This document shows positions 63,000 through 64,000 of a DNA stretch of 64,000 nt, one piece after another. The notes under the pieces were generated by a model that was not told where the DNA came from, made no database searches, and saw only the letters and a list, made by a program, of their open reading frames with translations. Position numbers and translations under genes: made by a program. Source of the DNA: an uncultured Planctomycetota bacterium (GTDB taxonomy: Bacteria; Planctomycetota; Planctomycetia; Isosphaerales; Isosphaeraceae); contig CAVTTN010000002.1 in assembly GCA_963737655.1 (NCBI GenBank), positions 1,888,001 to 1,952,000 on the forward strand. The letters run 5' to 3'. Position 1 is the first letter of the stretch. Each line of letters begins with the position of its first letter.

Positions 63000-64000
63000 T
63001 CAGCCCTCGGATGCCGAGGAGGCCGCTTGAGTGTTCATGCCGGCTCCGCGGCCGGCCGGAGGGCCCGCGTCGGCGATCAGGATCTGCAACTGGTCGAGGC
63101 TCACCGGCTTGACCAGGTGCTCGGAGAAGCCGACGCCCCGGGATCGGGCCAGGTCGGCCTCCTGGCCGTACCCCGTCAGGGCGATCAGCCTCGGGCCGTC
63201 GGGCCCGTGGTGCCCTCGGATCTGTTCGGCGACCTGGAAGCCGTCCATCCCGGGAAGGCCGATGTCGAGGAGGATGACGTCGAACACCTCGGCCAGGGCC
63301 GCCCGGATCGCCTCCGGGCCGTCGTGGGCCACGCGGACCTCGTGTCCCCAGAGCTTCAGGACCCGGGCGAGGCTCCGCGCCGAGTCGTGGCTGTCGTCCA
63401 CCACGAGGATGCGTTGCAGCGCGGGCGGGGACGTCGCCGAGGCGGCCGCCCCCGGCTCCGGCTCCGGCTCCGGACCCGGCGCGGCGCCGACGGGCAGCAC
63501 CGGCAGCCGGACGGTGAACTCGCTGCCCAGGCCGAGCCCGGGGCTGTCGGCGGTGATGCTCCCGCCGTGGTGCTGGACGAGGCTGCGGACGAGCGTCAGC
63601 CCGATCCCCAGCCCCCCCTGCGAGCGGTCCAGCGAGCGGTCCTCCTGGGCGAACAGGTCGAAGACGCGCGGCAGCATCTCGGGGCTGAGGCCGATGCCGT
63701 TGTCCCGCAGCCAGATGACCGCCTCGTCCCCCTCTCGGGCGGCCTCCAGGGCGATCCTGCCGCCCGGATCGGTGTACTTGGCGGAGTTGTTCAGGAGGTT
63801 TGCCACGATCTGGGCCAGGCGGGTGGGATCTCCGTCGAGCCAGACCGGGGCGTCCGGGAGCGAGACCGAGAGCTGGTGGCCGCCGGCCTCGATCAGGGGG
63901 CGGGACGTCTCGACGGCCCGCTCCAGGATCGTGCTGAGGTCCACGGTGGTCCTGCGGAGCTGGACGTCGCCCCGAGTGAACCGCGCGACGTCCAGCAGGT
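63000..64000 (-). CDS. Hybrid sensor histidine kinase (HATPase + REC), 5' part outside the window
   Basis: RLAQIVANLLNNSAKYT, DNGIG, GGLGIGL, ILVVDD, LLDIGLP, LTGYG, LVKP. Confidence 0.93.
   Translation of the reverse strand, partial: LLDVARFTRGDVQLRRTTVDLSTILERAVETSRPLIEAGGHQLSVSLPDAPVWLDGDPTRLAQIVANLLNNSAKYTDPGGRIALEAAREGDEAVIWLRDNGIGLSPEMLPRVFDLFAQEDRSLDRSQGGLGIGLTLVRSLVQHHGGSITADSPGLGLGSEFTVRLPVLPVGAAPGPEPEPEPGAAASATSPPALQRILVVDDSHDSARSLARVLKLWGHEVRVAHDGPEAIRAALAEVFDVILLDIGLPGMDGFQVAEQIRGHHGPDGPRLIALTGYGQEADLARSRGVGFSEHLVKPVSLDQLQILIADAGPPAGRGAGMNTQAASSASEG

Overview
GC-rich (roughly 70% by eye) bacterial chromosome segment. The gene content (ECF sigma factor + Ser/Thr kinase pairs, several Uma2/DUF820 nucleases, a prenyltransferase-repeat protein, prkA-yeaH-spoVR) points to a planctomycete, possibly Isosphaerales; this is inference. 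About 50 CDS or pseudogenes, a tRNA-Asp(GTC) and three families of palindromic repeats are supported. Most of the long overlapping ORFs in the track are GC-rich shadow frames. The best candidate for an undescribed system is a lower-GC DUF3800 gene (16153-17109, minus strand) facing a compact ~90-nt structured small RNA (~16106-16196, plus strand) that has its own sigma70-type promoter and terminator. This module sits inside the prkA-yeaH-spoVR cluster between 153-bp direct repeats of the yeaH 3' end, next to three Uma2 genes. Other highlights: an integrase-less ~7-kb island at tRNA-Asp carrying an ECF/kinase pair; GTAG-type REP elements that supply the stop codon of five genes; an ExbB-like gene beside a TonB-like-anchored prenyltransferase-repeat protein; a FabF-ACP-2x acyltransferase cluster near lptFG; and a GHMP kinase-UDP-sugar pyrophosphorylase fusion. 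Several 1-bp frameshifts at homopolymers are probably assembly errors.
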